A DNA stretch of 64,000 bases, taken from Cycas panzhihuaensis (Eukaryota > Plantae > Cycadophyta). Of this stretch, positions 61,290 to 64,000 are shown piece after piece (position 1 is the first letter of the stretch; every line of letters begins with the position of its first letter). The notes under the pieces were generated by a model. That model did not search any database and was not told the DNA's origin. It saw only the letters and a list, made by a program, of their open reading frames with translations. Both the position numbers and the translations under genes were made by a program. The DNA lies in the NCBI GenBank assembly GCA_023213395.1, contig CM041465.1:250363741-250427740 (forward strand), written 5' to 3'.

Positions 61290-62203
61290 ACGCAGTGAAG
61301 ACCTTTGTTTGCTGAAGTTTATGGACTATTGAAAATCAAAGCCTGATAGCTCCTCATTACTAAAAACTGCTGCGTGGTGGTTTCTATTACGTAGAGATCG
61401 TTACGTATAAGACATTGCAGTTCGGTTTTATGACATGGGAAGATCACTAAACTTGTCATTTCCCATTGGTTCACAGCTTATGTAAAACTCTTAGTGCCTA
61501 TCCATCGTAGTGCTCTTCATTCGTGAATTAATTGTTGAAACCTTTGTTCATCATTCGAAAGACTACTGTTGAAAGGTGGAGCGCAGGTGTACTGCTCTCT
61601 CCTGTGTTCATTGTTCGCCATTTCAATAAGCTACCACAATTGAGGGGATGCAGCGTGAAAGGTATGTGTTTAGTTGAAATCTAGCCAATATCCGTTGGTG
61701 TTAAGACATTACTATTTGTCAGCCAAGATGAAAGTCTAAAATAGACCATCACATCCCGAGCATATTGCGTTATTGCAGTGATGCGTAGATGAGTTCTGTG
61801 AAGCCAAATTCTATGGAGAACTATTTCGTGCTGTGTTAGCTCCATCTGCAATTGTCTTTAAGCCGTGGTTATCGCCTATGCTATGTTCTTTCTCGACCCC
61901 ACTGCTTGCTCCATGGGCTTACCTAAGTCTGAAGACGACATATTTGCTTGTGAAGATCTCCTTGTAAATTGCTTAATTTGCTCTCTGCAACTGAAATCGC
62001 TAGAGCATGAGATCATCCTTACAATTGGAGACGTGAGGCCAGGCATCACTGTAGACTTGTTACGTGAGACTGTCACAAAAGAACAATGCACAATACCCAC
62101 AGTGAGGATTTACGATGCTGGCAAGGTTTTGGCATAGTGGTGCACTTATCACGATCTAGCAACGCAGCGATATGTTTGCAATGGCAACCGAAGGAAAAAG
62201 TAA
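61290..62203 (+). pseudogene. Highly degenerate head-to-tail polyubiquitin/ubiquitin-like array (about 5 units, with stops and frameshifts)
   Basis: PHY*KLLRGG (61352-61381); GSQL and KTLSAY (61468-61501); LLLKGG|AQVY (61563-61592); SQILWRTIS (61802); GLP..IFA (61916-61948); VRPG (62033-62044). The unit starting at 62045 has D24, K27, Q41, R42 and G47 in ungapped ubiquitin register. Manual alignment only. Confidence 0.6.
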
Positions 62204-62469
62204 AATTTTACCATTTTTTTTTTTCAATTTTAATTAGATCTGAGCTTTAGTTGAAATCTTCTTCAACTCAACTAGCCACAGTTCGCGCAGGGCGTGACAT
62301 GATGATTTTTCCCTGACTAGGGGCTAAGCCCTAAAAGGGATTAACAAAAATATTTTTTATTAATTTTCTTTTAGAAAAGGTACTCATACGGTTTCATCCA
62401 TAACTCCTATTACATGTGTTACATTTTAGATCCACCTAAACCATTGAAAGTTTAGTTCAAGAATGATTT

Positions 62470-62593
62470 TTTTTTTTTTTTTTTTTTGGGATATCTAGAG
62501 GAGAATCTCTAACCACCCTTGGTACAAAGTTCCAAAGGAAGAGGGACCTCCAAGATCTAGGTTCATACCATCATCCACCCAATCCTATGAGGC
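62470..62593 (-). mobile_element. Short poly(A)-tailed retroposon (SINE or 5'-truncated LINE)
   Basis: A T-run at ~62467-62487 plus a ~105-bp body, flanked by tagttcaagaatgattt (62453-62469) and tagttcaacgatgattt (62594-62610). Confidence 0.75.
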
Positions 62594-62689
62594 TAGTTCA
62601 ACGATGATTTATTTGAATGGTTAAATAATATAATTCTAATCAATCCTTAGTATAGATTTTAATCCATGAAGTTGTACTTCTTGTGGAGT

Positions 62690-64000
62690 AAGAGGAAAAA
62701 TGGATGCCCTCACAAAAGAAATGATACGTTTAACGTGAAAATTCATAGATATCCAAGAATTCTCCCTTAGAGGAAGCATGATGGCTATACAATGGCTTTA
62801 ATGTGTTCACGCATACTATGGATTCACCAAATATAAAGTTTAAAATTTATAAACTATGTGTTTAATAATTCTTGGTAAGAGAAGCCCTTGATTGGTTTAT
62901 TAATTGGTTTAGCGGTAGTAGATCAATAATACCCTATAATTGGTTTTGGCTTCAAGCTTCCTTCTAAGTAGCCATTAATTGATGGAAGCAAGCGTACAAA
63001 GAATTTGAAGAGGCCAAAGAAGCAAAGCAAGTAGATGAACTGGCAAAAGAAGAAGAAGAATAGACCATTGATAAGGAACCCCTACAAAAATATAAAGCAA
63101 AACCAATTCAAAGGGAACAACATGGTAAGGCTAAAGACACAAACCATATAAAGATGATAACAAATCATTTGGTAGAATAATGTAATAAGATTCTAGTTGA
63201 GACCAAGGACAAGTCTGAAGAAAGACCTACGTAGGATTTAAAGAGATCTAAACAACCAAGCAAATCCCACAAGGTACTTGACATGGTTCTTAAGCATGTT
63301 TTGCATATGCATATTTTATTTGTCCTCTCTCATTTCCATGCTTAATAGTTATAGAGAAACTAGTGTCCTCTTATCTAATAACTGTCCAAACTCCTAAACC
63401 CTTTAACTTTGGATTTTTCATAAGTCAAATCCTAACCCTTCTTCACAACCCTAGATCAATTCTCTACTTACATATTCCATCATCCCTTAGAGGCTCTCCT
63501 TAGTTGGATGTTTAGATCATCTCATCCTCCCTTCACTATGTTTCATCTCTTAGTACAATGATTACTTCTCATAAAACTCATCTTGTTTATCTTAACCTCT
63601 TATACTTCTATACCAAACACTATTTTTTTCTATTAAGTTCTTCATATAGTTTTACCCTTGATTTTGAACCCTCATTAAAATCTTTTTCCCATAAAGAGTG
63701 TCTATCCCTAGTCCCACATTTATCTTTTTTCCAAAAAAACTCTAGTGGTCTAACTAACACTTTACTAATCCCAACCTCTATTAGAATCAATTTCCAATCT
63801 TCATCTATTTCTCACTGTATATCTATTTTACCTTTATTTCAAATGTTTTTAAATCTATTGTTGATCACCTCATTGAACCCCAGTTCTCCCACTCTTTCTT
63901 ATGTTATGCAATCACCAATGTATGATCATTATGATCAATTCTTTTCTAGACTCCTAAAACTACATCTTGTATACAAATCTCTCAGTATTCTCGCCATCTC
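62690..64000 (+). mobile_element. Gypsy gag relic + acidic tract + pyrimidine-rich tract (H-like architecture), running off the window end
   Basis: IDIQEFSLRGSMMAIQWL*CVHAYY (~62745-62820) and FLVREALDWF (~62870-62900) are gag-like. An E/K-rich tract follows at 62990-63260 and a C/T-rich tract after 63350. No LTR identified. Confidence 0.55.

Noticed and set aside
61435-61466. atgggaa...ttcccat hairpin as a possible miRNA precursor
   Set aside because: The stem is only ~7-9 bp and has no match to a miRNA I recognise.
61876-62100. Minus-strand 74-aa ORF, or an exon with a gtaagc donor
   Set aside because: It has no recognisable motif, and the plus strand explains the region better.
62225-62260. 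atctgagcttt, resembling the TAS3 5' miR390 site
   Set aside because: Only part of the site matches. No tasiARF sequence or second miR390 site was seen.

Overview
This is AT-rich, CpG-depleted plant nuclear DNA, probably from a large-genome plant such as a gymnosperm (inference from old but structurally complete elements). No intact host gene is visible. About 4157-56695 is one nested stack of LTR retrotransposons, resolved by paired LTRs, tRNA-Met PBS, PPT and target-site duplications (TSDs). The host A is a gag-only, CRM-like non-autonomous element with ~2.4-kb LTRs in a tandem internal-LTR-internal-LTR array (minus strand). A carries B (chromovirus, TSD AGGCT), C (CRM-like) and H (gag-only). 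C carries E (non-coding, TSD AAAAG) and D (chromovirus). D carries G (Copia) and the young F (LTRs ~98% identical, TSD ACATG). H carries I (Copia, TSD TTTTC). The flanks hold a truncated Copia, a 5' LTR plus PBS, microsatellites, a short poly(A) retroposon with a 17-bp TSD and a gag relic. The only clearly non-TE segment is a CpG-rich island (~61290-62300). It appears to be a highly degenerate head-to-tail polyubiquitin-like array, with LRGG/LKGG/VRPG junctions and ubiquitin motifs in register. All alignments and divergence figures are by eye.
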